A DNA stretch of 61,434 nt from assembly GCA_964486135.1 (NCBI GenBank), contig CAZAKT010000002.1:1-61434 (forward strand), read 5' to 3'. This document shows positions 9,725 to 19,472 of the stretch, one piece after another. The notes under the pieces were generated by a model. That model did not search any database. It was not told where the DNA came from and was given only the letters and a program-made list of their open reading frames with translations. The translations under genes and the position numbers were made by a program. The stretch is from an uncultured Mageeibacillus sp. GTDB lineage: Bacteria > Bacillota > Clostridia > Saccharofermentanales > DTU023. The stretch's first letter is position 1; every line of letters starts with the position of its first letter.

Positions 9725-10171
9725 ATGCTTACAAATGAAGTGAAGGTCAAGCTGGTGGCGGAAGCTTTCGAGGCACGAAAAAAGAGTTATTCCCCTTATT
9801 CCAGATTCAAGGTCGGCGCCGCTCTCCTGACTTCGGATGGCCGGATCTATAGGGGGGCCAATATCGAAAACGCTTCCTATGGCGCCACCATCTGCGCGGA
9901 GAGGACAGCGGCGGTCAAGGCTGTCTTCGCGGGTTCCAGGCAATTTGTCGCCCTGGCGGTCGTCGGCTCTGAACAGGAGGAGGGCGGAGACATAGACTAT
10001 GCCTATCCCTGTGGGATCTGCCGGCAGTTCCTGCGCGAATTCCTGCCGCCTTCGGGCGATATGGTCATCCTGGTGGCCCGGGGCCTTGAAGATTACAAGG
10101 AAACAAGCCTGAATGCCCTGCTGCCGCATTCATTCGGGCCATCTGATCTCGATTATCTGTATGAGTCTTAG
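9725..10171 (+). CDS. cdd: Cytidine deaminase
   Basis: SYSPYSRFKVGAAL, NIENASYG, CAERTA, PCGICRQ zinc motif. Confidence 0.96.
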   Translation: MLTNEVKVKLVAEAFEARKKSYSPYSRFKVGAALLTSDGRIYRGANIENASYGATICAERTAAVKAVFAGSRQFVALAVVGSEQEEGGDIDYAYPCGICRQFLREFLPPSGDMVILVARGLEDYKETSLNALLPHSFGPSDLDYLYES

Positions 10172-10259
10172 GAGGGGAGGACCGGTCCTGTAGGGCCGTT
10201 CATCAATAAATGAGGAAAGAATGGCCCTGACGGGTCATCAATAATCAGGAGGAAAACCT

Positions 10260-11300
10260 ATGAAAAAGAGACTATTCAGTCTAATTCTGGTTCTCGCCTT
10301 GCTTGTGACGCTGGGCGTCGCCTGCGGAACCAAGGATGACGGCGGAAAAACGGAAGGAAAAAAAGTTGCCCTGATCACCGACCTCGGTGGTATCAACGAT
10401 GAATCCTTCAACCAGTCCGCCTGGAACGGCATGAAACAGCTTGAGGAAGACGGCATCAACATCTCATTTGTTGAATCTGAGAAGGAAGCTGACTACGCCG
10501 TCAACTTCACCAACAAGACGGAGGAAGGCAACGACCTGGTCTGGGGTATCGGCTTCCTGATGGAGCAGTCCATCATCGATGCCTCCAAGGAGCACAAGGA
10601 CCAGATGTTCGCCATCGTCGACGCCGGCTTCCCCGAGGGGGAATACCCCAACCTGGTGGGCGCCATGTTCAATTCGGAAGAGTCCTCTTTCCTGGTCGGC
10701 TACATTGCGGGCCACGTGACGGAGACTGACCATGTCGGCTTTGTCCTGGGTATGGAGGGGGACGTCATGTTCCGCTTCCAGTACGGCTATCTGGCCGGTG
10801 TGGCCTATGCCGCGGATGAGCTGGGCAAGGAAATCAGGGTTGATGCCGTGACCATCGATACCTTTGGCGACACGGCCAAGGGCAAGGCCACCGCCACCAA
10901 GATGTTCAGCGATGGGGCTGACATCGTCTACCACGCGGCCGGCCAGGCCGGTTCCGGCTGCATCACGGCGGCCAAGGAAATGGGCAAGTGGGCCATTGGC
11001 GTCGATCTGGACCAGAATGAACTGGCTCCCGACAATGTCCTGACCTCTGCCTTGAAAAATGTTGACCAGGCCGTCTACCAGCTTTCCAAGAAGGTTCTGG
11101 AGGGCGAAGAGGTCGGTGGCAAGACCTTCTTCTTTGGCCTCAAGGAGGGTGGCGTAGGAATCGCGCCCAGCTCGGACAAACATGTCCCCAAGGAGATCCT
11201 GGACAAGACAGCGGAAATCGAGAAGATGATCGTCGATGGGGAGATCGAAGTTCCGATCACCGCCGACGAATTTGAAGCTTTCAAAGGCAAGCTCGGATAA
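10260..11300 (+). CDS. BMP-family nucleoside ABC transporter substrate-binding lipoprotein
   Basis: Lipobox GVAC, DLGGINDESFNQSAWNG, YHAAGQAGSG, IGVDLDQ, GLKEGGVG. Confidence 0.92.
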   Translation: MKKRLFSLILVLALLVTLGVACGTKDDGGKTEGKKVALITDLGGINDESFNQSAWNGMKQLEEDGINISFVESEKEADYAVNFTNKTEEGNDLVWGIGFLMEQSIIDASKEHKDQMFAIVDAGFPEGEYPNLVGAMFNSEESSFLVGYIAGHVTETDHVGFVLGMEGDVMFRFQYGYLAGVAYAADELGKEIRVDAVTIDTFGDTAKGKATATKMFSDGADIVYHAAGQAGSGCITAAKEMGKWAIGVDLDQNELAPDNVLTSALKNVDQAVYQLSKKVLEGEEVGGKTFFFGLKEGGVGIAPSSDKHVPKEILDKTAEIEKMIVDGEIEVPITADEFEAFKGKLG

Positions 11301-11393
11301 AACCAGGATGGCGGCCAGCCGCTGTCTTCTATGAAATGAGCGCCCGGACAGCCTTTCACGGGGTGTCCGGGTGACTCTTATGGAGAGTCAAGT

Positions 11394-13010
11394 ATGGAGC
11401 AGGACAAGCGGGTTCACCTTGAACCGTCCGACATCGCGGGAAGCGATGGGGAAGAGACAGCCCCGGTCCCCGGGCCTGATCAGGAGGAAGCTTCCAACTA
11501 CGCCGTAGAAATGTACGGCATATCCAAGTCCTTCGGGACGCTCAAGGCGCTCGACGAGGTTGATCTGGTCGTGCGCAAGGGGACCATCCACGCCCTGCTC
11601 GGTGAAAACGGGGCAGGCAAGTCGACGCTCATGAAAATCCTCTACGGACTTTACACCAAGGATACAGGCGAGATCAGGATCATGGGCCGGCCCGGGGACA
11701 TCAAAAATCCCAAGCAGGCCATCGACCAGGGAATCGGCATGGTCCACCAGCACTTCATGCTGGTCGAAAATATGACCATTGCCGAAAACATCGTGCTGGG
11801 GAGTGAAGTGACCAAATCCTTTGGCCGGCTCGACCGTGAACGGATGAACAGGAGCATCCGTGAATTCGGTGAGCAATACGGCCTGGAAGTCGATCCCCGT
11901 GAGCTCATCATGGATGTCTCCGTGGCCACCCAGCAGCGGGTGGAGATCCTGAAAGCTCTTTACAGGGGGGCCGATATCCTGATCCTGGATGAACCGACCG
12001 CGGTTCTGACCCCCCAGGAAATTGACAATCTGATTGTGACCATGCAGCGGCTGGTAAAAAGCGGCAAGACCGTCATAATCATTACCCATAAATTGAAGGA
12101 GATCATGGCCTCCTCCGAATACTGCACCATTATCCGGCGGGGCAAGGTGGTCGATACGGTCCGGGTCTCTGAGGTCACCGAGAAGGATCTGGCTTCCATG
12201 ATGGTTGGCCGGGAGGTCATGTTGACGACCGACAAGGAGAAAGCCAGTCCTGGCGAAATCATCATGGAAATCCGGGACCTGACTGTCAAGGACAACCGGG
12301 GTCTTGAAAAAGTCAAGGATCTTTCACTTCACGTGCGGAAGGGGGAGATCCTGGCGATCGCGGGAGTGGACGGCAACGGCCAGACGGAATTGATCGAGGC
12401 CATTACCGGGCTTCGGAAGGCTGAGGAGGGAGAGATCGTGGTCAACGGCCGGCACATCGAGAACGGCCTCCCCCTGGACGCCCACAAGGCCGGGATCAGA
12501 ACCATCCACGAGGACCGCCATAAGCGGGGCCTGGTCCTGGACTTCCTGGTCAGTGAAAACCTGATCCTTGAGTCCTACAAGCAAGAACGCTTCCAGGGAA
12601 AATGCGGCCTCCTCTCCTGGAAAAAGATAAATGAATATGCCAACGAGCAGATTGACCGCTTCGACATCCGGCCGTCCGGTTGCGCCCAGCAGCGGGCCAG
12701 CGAACTTTCCGGCGGCAACCAGCAGAAGGTCATCGTGGCGAGGACCATCGAACAGGAGCCGGATCTCCTGTTTGCCTGCCAGCCCACGCGGGGCTTGGAT
12801 GTGGGCGCCATAGAGTATGTCCGCAATGCCCTGGTCCAACAGCGGGATCAGGGCCGGGCTGTCCTTCTCATCTCCTATGAACTGGATGAGGTGCTTGACA
12901 TTGCCGACAGGATTAACGTGATCTACGATGGCAGTATCGTCGCGGATCTCGATCCGGAAGAGACGGATGAACAGGCCATCGGCCTCTTGATGGCGGGAGG
13001 TAGCCAATGA
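11394..13010 (+). CDS. Nucleoside ABC ATP-binding protein (tandem NBD, NupA/YufO-like)
   Basis: LLGENGAGKST, MVHQHF, ILDEPTAVLT, LSGGNQQK, QPTRGLDVGA. Confidence 0.93.
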   Translation: MEQDKRVHLEPSDIAGSDGEETAPVPGPDQEEASNYAVEMYGISKSFGTLKALDEVDLVVRKGTIHALLGENGAGKSTLMKILYGLYTKDTGEIRIMGRPGDIKNPKQAIDQGIGMVHQHFMLVENMTIAENIVLGSEVTKSFGRLDRERMNRSIREFGEQYGLEVDPRELIMDVSVATQQRVEILKALYRGADILILDEPTAVLTPQEIDNLIVTMQRLVKSGKTVIIITHKLKEIMASSEYCTIIRRGKVVDTVRVSEVTEKDLASMMVGREVMLTTDKEKASPGEIIMEIRDLTVKDNRGLEKVKDLSLHVRKGEILAIAGVDGNGQTELIEAITGLRKAEEGEIVVNGRHIENGLPLDAHKAGIRTIHEDRHKRGLVLDFLVSENLILESYKQERFQGKCGLLSWKKINEYANEQIDRFDIRPSGCAQQRASELSGGNQQKVIVARTIEQEPDLLFACQPTRGLDVGAIEYVRNALVQQRDQGRAVLLISYELDEVLDIADRINVIYDGSIVADLDPEETDEQAIGLLMAGGSQ

Positions 13011-14119
13011 GGAAATTCATCACCCGGGCCCTGAAAGAACCCTTCACCGCCATTCTGATCGCCCTCCTTATCGGTTTTATCATCGGCGCCCTCACCCTGG
13101 CTGTCGGCGGCTATGACCCCGGCCGGGGCTACGGCCTCCTGTTCACAGGGGTGTTCGCCAATACCCGCCGGGTCGCCCAGGTCTTTGTCAACGCCGTCCC
13201 CATCATCATGACCGGCCTTGCTGTGTCTTTTGCTGTCAGGACGGGCATGTTCAATATCGGGGCGGACGGCCAGTTCATCCTGGGCCAGGTCACCGGGGCC
13301 ATACTGGGTTACTATGTCCCCCTGCCCCCCATCCTCCATCCCCTCTTCATCATGCTTTGCGCTGTGGCGGTGGGTGGCCTCTACGGCGCCTTTGCCGCCT
13401 TCCTGAAGAACCGTTTCGGCATTCACGAGGTCATCTCCTCGATCATGCTCAACTGGATTGCCTACTATTTCATGAACTTCATCGTCAACATGAAAAACGT
13501 CAAGGTGCCCGGTACCCAGCATTCACCCGAAATCCTGGATTCGGCCAAGATCACCTTCTTCAGCCGGGATTTCCGGTCAACGGCTGAAGGGGAGGCCCTC
13601 CTGGCCAAACACCCCTGGCTCGAGAGCCTGGTCAGGACGGACGCGGGCTACGCCCTCCTGATCATGGTCGCGGTGACCCTCCTCCTCTGGATTGTCCTGA
13701 AATACACCAAGATCGGTTTTGAGCTGCGGGCTGTCGGTTACAACTACCATGCCGCAGAGTTTGCCGCCATGCCGGTCAAACGGAATGCCCTCCTGTCCAT
13801 GTTCATATCGGGGGGTACCGCTGCCCTGGGCGGGGCCATGCTGGTCATGTCCACCTCCTACTTCATCACCATGCTGGGGGCGACGGAGGGCTATGGCTGG
13901 GATGGGATCTCGGTGGCCCTGATCGCCGGCAATCATCCGATCGGCTGTATTTTCGCCGGTATTCTCTATTCGGCGCTCAAGATCGGAGGCACGGAGATCC
14001 AATCCAGGATGGGGGCCCCGACTGAAATCATCAACATCATGATCGGGGTGCTTGTCCTCTGTATCGCGTTCGCGCCCGCCCTGCCCCGGCTGGCGGAACG
14101 CTTGGAAAGGAAGGAGTAG
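13007..14119 (+). CDS. Nucleoside ABC permease (NupB-like)
   Basis: FNIGADGQ, HEVISSIMLN, GFELRAVG, GYGWDGISVAL. Confidence 0.92.
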   Translation: MRKFITRALKEPFTAILIALLIGFIIGALTLAVGGYDPGRGYGLLFTGVFANTRRVAQVFVNAVPIIMTGLAVSFAVRTGMFNIGADGQFILGQVTGAILGYYVPLPPILHPLFIMLCAVAVGGLYGAFAAFLKNRFGIHEVISSIMLNWIAYYFMNFIVNMKNVKVPGTQHSPEILDSAKITFFSRDFRSTAEGEALLAKHPWLESLVRTDAGYALLIMVAVTLLLWIVLKYTKIGFELRAVGYNYHAAEFAAMPVKRNALLSMFISGGTAALGGAMLVMSTSYFITMLGATEGYGWDGISVALIAGNHPIGCIFAGILYSALKIGGTEIQSRMGAPTEIINIMIGVLVLCIAFAPALPRLAERLERKE

Positions 14120-14122
14120 GCC

Positions 14123-15061
14123 ATGGGACTTCTTAACACCTTGCTTTTAACTGTCTCCATCAGCCTTATGTATTCGGCGCCCCTGATCTTCACGGCGCTG
14201 GGCGGAGTCATAACCCAGCGGGCGGGGGTTGACAACATCGGACTTGAGGGCATGATGGCCTTTGGCGCCTGCGGCGCCTCCTTCCTCTGTCATTTCACGG
14301 GGAGCCCCTGGATCGGCCTGGTGGTCGGCGCCCTCTTCGGCGCCAGCCTGGCCCTCCTCCACGCCTTCATCTCCGTTACCGCCAAGGGGAACCAGCTGAT
14401 CTCCGGCATCGCCATCAACTTCATCGGCCTGGGTGTGGGCGTTTTCCTGACCCGCTTCCTCTTCGAGGGCGCGGCCCAGTCGAATTCAACCATCAACCAG
14501 CCCCTGCCCAAGCTTCTTGAGTTGATCGGTATCGACAAGAGCAAGTCCCGCCTGCTCGAATCCTCGGAGATTGACATCACCGTCATCTTCGCCTTCCTCT
14601 TTGCCGTCCTGATCTGGTTTGTCCTCTACAAGACCAAGACCGGCCTCCGGGTCCGGGCCTGCGGCGAGCATCCGGGAGCCGCCGATACCCTGGGGGTCAA
14701 TGTTACCCGGATCCGCTACATCGCGACCATCCTGTCGGGTGTCCTGGCCGGATTAGGAGGAGCCGTGACCTCGCTTACGATCAGTTACCGCTTTACCCCT
14801 ACCGTTATTTCCGGCCAGGGCTTCATCGCCCTGGCGGCCGTCATCTTCGGCAATTGGAAGCCGATCGGCGCGACCCTGGCCTGCCTGCTCTTTGGCTTCG
14901 CCCAGGCCCTTACCGTGGTCATGGCCGGTATCCCCTGGCTGCCGACCCAGATCCTGGCCATGCTGCCCTATGCCCTGACCCTTTTGATCCTGGTCATCTT
15001 CGTCGAACGTTCGACGCCGCCCCGGGCTCTGGGACAGCCTTACTTCAAGGGCCAGGCCTAG
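14123..15061 (+). CDS. Nucleoside ABC permease (NupC-like)
   Basis: NIGLEGMM, GLRVRACGEHP, GQGFIALAAVIFGNW, LPY. Confidence 0.92.
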   Translation: MGLLNTLLLTVSISLMYSAPLIFTALGGVITQRAGVDNIGLEGMMAFGACGASFLCHFTGSPWIGLVVGALFGASLALLHAFISVTAKGNQLISGIAINFIGLGVGVFLTRFLFEGAAQSNSTINQPLPKLLELIGIDKSKSRLLESSEIDITVIFAFLFAVLIWFVLYKTKTGLRVRACGEHPGAADTLGVNVTRIRYIATILSGVLAGLGGAVTSLTISYRFTPTVISGQGFIALAAVIFGNWKPIGATLACLLFGFAQALTVVMAGIPWLPTQILAMLPYALTLLILVIFVERSTPPRALGQPYFKGQA

Positions 15062-15070
15062 GGACTGCCC

Positions 15071-16048
15071 ATGCCGTTGGAGGGAGCGCGAAAGGGGGCT
15101 TGGCTTGTCGCCGGAGGATTGAACCTGGATATCCTGGCCAAATCCAGGGACAGCTTCAGCCTCTATGATTCCAACCCCGGCAGCATACTGGAAAGACCGG
15201 GTGGCGTCGGCTTCAATATCGCCCGCAACCTGGCCCTGCTCGGGGAGCCGGTCCGCTTCCTGACGGCCCGTGGACGGGACAGGGCGGGGGAGGCCCTCTT
15301 CCTGGCCGCCCGGGAAGGAGGCCTGGACCTCTCCCTGGCCCTGGTCCGGGAGTCCTTTCCCAGCGCCCGCTACCTTGCCATCCACGACCAGACGGGAGAC
15401 ATGGTGGCCGCCATCAACGATATGTCCCTCTTTGACAGCCTGACGGCGGATGACATTGAAGCCTGGTTTGACCCGGGGCAGGGGGGACGGGAAGATCCTC
15501 CGGCCTTCTCCGGGGCCTTTCTTGAAGCCAACCTGTCCGAGCCGGTTCTCCGGGAGCTGGCCTTCCGCTGGGACCTGCCACTTTTCGCCGACGCCGTCTC
15601 CCTGGCCAAGATGGACAGGCTCAAGCCCCTCCTCCCCCGTCTGACCGGTTTCAAGCTCAACCGCCTGGAGGCCGGACAGCTCACAGGCCTGGCGGGAAGG
15701 GACAGGGCGGAGGCCGTGAAGGTGGCGCAGGAAATCGTGGCCAGGGGGGTCAAGCGGGTCTGTCTCTCACTCGACATCGACGGGGCCCTTTTTACCGATG
15801 GCTGGCTGACGGTCCACGCCCGGCCCGCCCGCATCGTCCACGAGGCCAATACGACCGGGGCCGGCGATGCCATGGCGGCAGCCTTTGCCTGGGCGACCGC
15901 CCAGGCTTATGATCTATATGAAACGGCCCGCCTCGGTATTGCGGCGGCCTCCCTGACGGTGGAGTCCACAGAGGCCGTAAATCCAGCCCTGACCCTGGAA
16001 GCTCTCAAGACCAGAGCCGCCAGGATAGAAGTCGAGGAAGTCAAATGA
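15071..16048 (+). CDS. psuK: PfkB-family kinase, likely pseudouridine kinase
   Basis: GGLNLD, GGVGFNIARNLALLG, NTTGAGDA; overlaps psuG. Confidence 0.78.
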   Translation: MPLEGARKGAWLVAGGLNLDILAKSRDSFSLYDSNPGSILERPGGVGFNIARNLALLGEPVRFLTARGRDRAGEALFLAAREGGLDLSLALVRESFPSARYLAIHDQTGDMVAAINDMSLFDSLTADDIEAWFDPGQGGREDPPAFSGAFLEANLSEPVLRELAFRWDLPLFADAVSLAKMDRLKPLLPRLTGFKLNRLEAGQLTGLAGRDRAEAVKVAQEIVARGVKRVCLSLDIDGALFTDGWLTVHARPARIVHEANTTGAGDAMAAAFAWATAQAYDLYETARLGIAAASLTVESTEAVNPALTLEALKTRAARIEVEEVK

Positions 16049-16977
16049 GCAAGTTGAAGCAATACCTGTCCATAGCCGGGGAGGTGGAGGCAGCCTTGGC
16101 GGCTGGCCTGCCTGTCGTCGCCCTCGAATCGACCATCATTTCGCACGGCATGCCCTACCCTGAGAATGTGAGGACTGCCCTGGCGGTCGAGCGGGTAATC
16201 CGGGAGGGCGGCGCCCAAGCGGCCACCATCGCCCTTTTGGATGGCCGGATCAAGGTGGGGCTGACCCCGGAGGAGATCGACAGGATCGGCAGGGGGGGGA
16301 AGGCCGTCATCAAGACCTCGAGGCGGGATATGCCCTATGTGCTGGCCCAGGGCCTGCCGGGGGCCACCACGGTCGCCGGCACCCTGATCGCCGCCCAGCT
16401 GGCCGGCATTTCCTTTTTTGCTACGGGCGGGATTGGCGGTGTTCATCGCGGGGCAGAAAAGACCATGGATGTATCCGCTGATCTGGTCGAACTCCAGAAG
16501 ACGCCGGTCGCCGTCATCTGTTCGGGGGCCAAGTCAATTCTGGCGATTGACCTGACCCTGGAATACCTGGAGACGGGCGGTGTGCCCGTGATCGGCTACG
16601 GGACGGATGAAATGCCGGCCTTCTATACACGCGGGAGTGGTCATAAGCTGGTCATGCGGGCCGACGATCCCCGGACGGCCGCCCGGATTTTTGCCGCCTC
16701 GCGGGCCCTGGGTTTCCCGGGTGGCCTGGTGATAGCCAACCCCATCCCCCTGGAAGCGGCCCTGGACCCCACCCTGATCCAGGAGGCGATTGACCAGGCC
16801 CTGGCAGAGGCCGGGGAGCGGGGGATCGGGGGCAAGGAGGTGACCCCCTTCCTGCTTGAGCGGGTCGCTGAGCGGACCGGCGGGGCCAGCCTCGAAGCCA
16901 ATATTGCCCTTGTCCTCAACAATGCCCGTGTCGCCGCCGACATCGCTTCCGCCTACGCGGATTTGCTGAGAGAATAG
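16045..16977 (+). CDS. psuG: Pseudouridine-5'-phosphate glycosidase
   Basis: VVALESTIISHGMPYPEN, ATTVAGT, FATGGIGGVHRG, DVSADL, GKEVTPFLL. Confidence 0.95.
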   Translation: MSKLKQYLSIAGEVEAALAAGLPVVALESTIISHGMPYPENVRTALAVERVIREGGAQAATIALLDGRIKVGLTPEEIDRIGRGGKAVIKTSRRDMPYVLAQGLPGATTVAGTLIAAQLAGISFFATGGIGGVHRGAEKTMDVSADLVELQKTPVAVICSGAKSILAIDLTLEYLETGGVPVIGYGTDEMPAFYTRGSGHKLVMRADDPRTAARIFAASRALGFPGGLVIANPIPLEAALDPTLIQEAIDQALAEAGERGIGGKEVTPFLLERVAERTGGASLEANIALVLNNARVAADIASAYADLLRE

Positions 16978-16996
16978 ACTGTCAGGAGATCGGAAA

Positions 16997-17767
16997 ATGG
17001 AAAAACTCTATCACATACAACTTGATGATTCACACAAGGCCCAATATGCCATCCTGCCAGGGGATCCCGGCCGGGTCGAGAAGATTGCGGCCCTCCTGGA
17101 CCAACCGGTCCTTCTCGGCGTCAACCGCGAATACACCAGCTGGCTGGGATCGCTTGAGGGGGAGCCGGTCCTGGTCATGTCAACCGGCATGGGGGGGCCC
17201 TCAACCGCCATCGGGGTGGAAGAGCTCTATATGACGGGGGTAAGGAATTTCATCCGGGTCGGCACCTGCGGCGGCATGCATCTGGATGTCCAGGGCGGGG
17301 ACCTGGTCATAGCGACCGGGGCCATCCGTATGGAGGGCACGACCCGTGAGTACCTGCCGATCGAGTTCCCGGCCGTGGCCGACTTCGAATTGACAGGCTG
17401 TCTGGCGGAGGCGGCCCGGTCGGTCGGCTACCGCTTCCATACCGGCGTTGTCCAGTGCAAGGACTCCTTCTACGGCCAGCATTCCCCCCAACGTATGCCG
17501 GTCAGTTATGAGCTGGAGAACAAGTGGCAGGCCTGGCTCAAGGCCGGGACCCTGGCTTCCGAGATGGAGAGCGCCGCCCTCTATATCGTCTGCCAGTCCC
17601 TGGGGGCCAAAGCCGCCTGCGTCCTCAATACCATCTGGAACCAGGAGCGGCGAGCCCGGGGCCTGGACGACGCTGAAAGCCATGACACCCTGCGGGGGAT
17701 CCGGGTCGCGGTCGAGGGGATCCGGCAACACATACTGAAAAATAGGGGCAAGGGCAGGGCCCTTTAA
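16997..17767 (+). CDS. udp: Uridine phosphorylase
   Basis: ILPGDPGRV, NREY, STGMGGPS, IRVGTCG, DSFYGQ, EMES. Confidence 0.92.
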   Translation: MEKLYHIQLDDSHKAQYAILPGDPGRVEKIAALLDQPVLLGVNREYTSWLGSLEGEPVLVMSTGMGGPSTAIGVEELYMTGVRNFIRVGTCGGMHLDVQGGDLVIATGAIRMEGTTREYLPIEFPAVADFELTGCLAEAARSVGYRFHTGVVQCKDSFYGQHSPQRMPVSYELENKWQAWLKAGTLASEMESAALYIVCQSLGAKAACVLNTIWNQERRARGLDDAESHDTLRGIRVAVEGIRQHILKNRGKGRAL

Positions 17768-17769
17768 GC

Positions 17770-19053
17770 TTATGCCAGGCCTGTCGGCTTCCCCGCCTGT
17801 CGGGAGCGGACCAGGATCCCGTCCTTGAAGACCTTCTCAACCTGATTCATGGCGAAATGGTAGGAAAGGTGGCCGTGATTGGGGCAGTCAAGGACCAGCA
17901 GATCGGCCTTCTTTCCGGCTTCAAGTGAACCCCGGCTTGCCGCCCGGCTGACAGCGGCGGCGGCGTTCAGGGTGACAGCGGTCAGGGTCTCCGCCAGGGT
18001 CAGGTCCATATAGAGGGTCGCGAGCGCGATCAGGAGGGGGACGGACTGTGAATAGCAACTGCCCGGGTTGAGGTCGGTGCCCAGGGCGACAGCCAGGCCC
18101 TTGTCGATCATGAAACGGGCCCGGGCGTAGGGCTCCTTCAGGCTAAAGGCCGTCAGGGGCAGGAGGGTGGCGATCACACCGGCCTCCCGCAGGGCCAGGA
18201 GATCCTGGTCGCAAGCCTTGAGCAGGTGGTCGGCGCTCACGGCGCCCAGCCTGGCCGCCAGTCCGGTGCCCCCCAGGGGGAAGATCTCGTCAGCGTGCAT
18301 CTTGAGTTTGAAGCCTTCTTTTTGGGCTGCCCTGAGCAGGCGTTCGGATTCCTCGAGCTCAAAGACATTCTTTTCAGTAAAAATATCACAGAATTCAGCC
18401 CGGCCCCGGGCCATGGGCAAGCCCTCGGAGATCAGATAATCGATGTAGTCGCCTGTTCTTCCCTTGAAGGCCGGTGGGAGCGCATGGGCCCCCATATAGG
18501 TCAGGACGATGTCGACCGGATGATCCCGGTTCAGGCGCTCCATTACCCGGAGGAGCTTGTCCTCGGTCCGGGTGTCCTCCCCATAGCCGGTTTTTCCCTC
18601 CACCGTTGTGATGCCCAGGTCCAGCATGCGGTCCAGCCTCTTCCAGCCGGCTTCATAGAGCTCATCTTCCGAAGCCTCCCGGCTGGCCTGGTTGGTCGAG
18701 GCGATCCCGCCCCCCGCCTCCATGATCTCCATATAGGAGGCGCCTTGCAGCCGGAGCTGGAACTCCCGGTCCCGGTAGCCCCCGAAGACAAAATGGGTGT
18801 GGGGATCGACGAAGCCGGGGATGACAGTCTTCCCCCGGGCCTCCAGCCGGTCAAGGACAGCGCCCTCCGGAAGCTTTTCTCCCAGCCAGGCCTCGGCCTC
18901 AGCGCTGGTCCCCACGAAGAGGAGGATGCCCTCCTTCCAGATAAGGGCCCCGTCGGGGGTGATCAAAAGTTCCTTCATTGCCTGACCGGCCTGGGCCATT
19001 GTGCCCAGGGGGGTTGCCAGTTCGGCGGCGTGCTCGAGCAAAGTGTAGGTCAT
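17770..19053 (-). CDS. hutI: Imidazolonepropionase
   Basis: PGFVDPHTH, GITTVEGKTGYG, GAHA, MHADEI, SADHL, GTDLNPG. Confidence 0.94.
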   Translation of the reverse strand: MTYTLLEHAAELATPLGTMAQAGQAMKELLITPDGALIWKEGILLFVGTSAEAEAWLGEKLPEGAVLDRLEARGKTVIPGFVDPHTHFVFGGYRDREFQLRLQGASYMEIMEAGGGIASTNQASREASEDELYEAGWKRLDRMLDLGITTVEGKTGYGEDTRTEDKLLRVMERLNRDHPVDIVLTYMGAHALPPAFKGRTGDYIDYLISEGLPMARGRAEFCDIFTEKNVFELEESERLLRAAQKEGFKLKMHADEIFPLGGTGLAARLGAVSADHLLKACDQDLLALREAGVIATLLPLTAFSLKEPYARARFMIDKGLAVALGTDLNPGSCYSQSVPLLIALATLYMDLTLAETLTAVTLNAAAAVSRAASRGSLEAGKKADLLVLDCPNHGHLSYHFAMNQVEKVFKDGILVRSRQAGKPTGLA

Positions 19054-19055
19054 GG

Positions 19056-19472
19056 TCAGTCTCCTCGCAGCGCATGGGCCCGGCGGTTTTTCAGCTCTTC
19101 CATAAAGCGGTCATTGTCCCGGGCCGAGACATATAAATACTGGCCGTCATAGAGCTCCAGGGAGATCCGGTCCAGGGAGGTGGCCAGGGAAGAAATCGGA
19201 TTTTTTGTCCGGCCGACGGACCGGATCTCCCGGTAGGGGATTCTCTTGGTTACGGGTCCAAAGCGGAGGAGGAGGGTCTCCTCTTCCAGGGTCAGGTCAT
19301 TGCGGAACTGGATGGACAGGACGAAAAAAAGAGTCAGGGCCATTAAGGTCGCGCTGACCGTGCTGACCAGGCCGGGATCCTTGAAGGCAGCCAGGGCGGA
19401 GAAGGCTGTGGCCACTAAGATGGCCAGGACTACCAGGTACCACCATAAGGCTCGTTTGCCGGTGAAGGTCAT
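19056..19472 (-). CDS. Small membrane protein with a bacterial PH-like domain
   Basis: Two N-terminal TM helices, then RIPYREIRSV...SLDRISL...YVSARDNDRFMEEL; coupled to both neighbours. Confidence 0.7.
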   Translation of the reverse strand: MTFTGKRALWWYLVVLAILVATAFSALAAFKDPGLVSTVSATLMALTLFFVLSIQFRNDLTLEEETLLLRFGPVTKRIPYREIRSVGRTKNPISSLATSLDRISLELYDGQYLYVSARDNDRFMEELKNRRAHALRGD

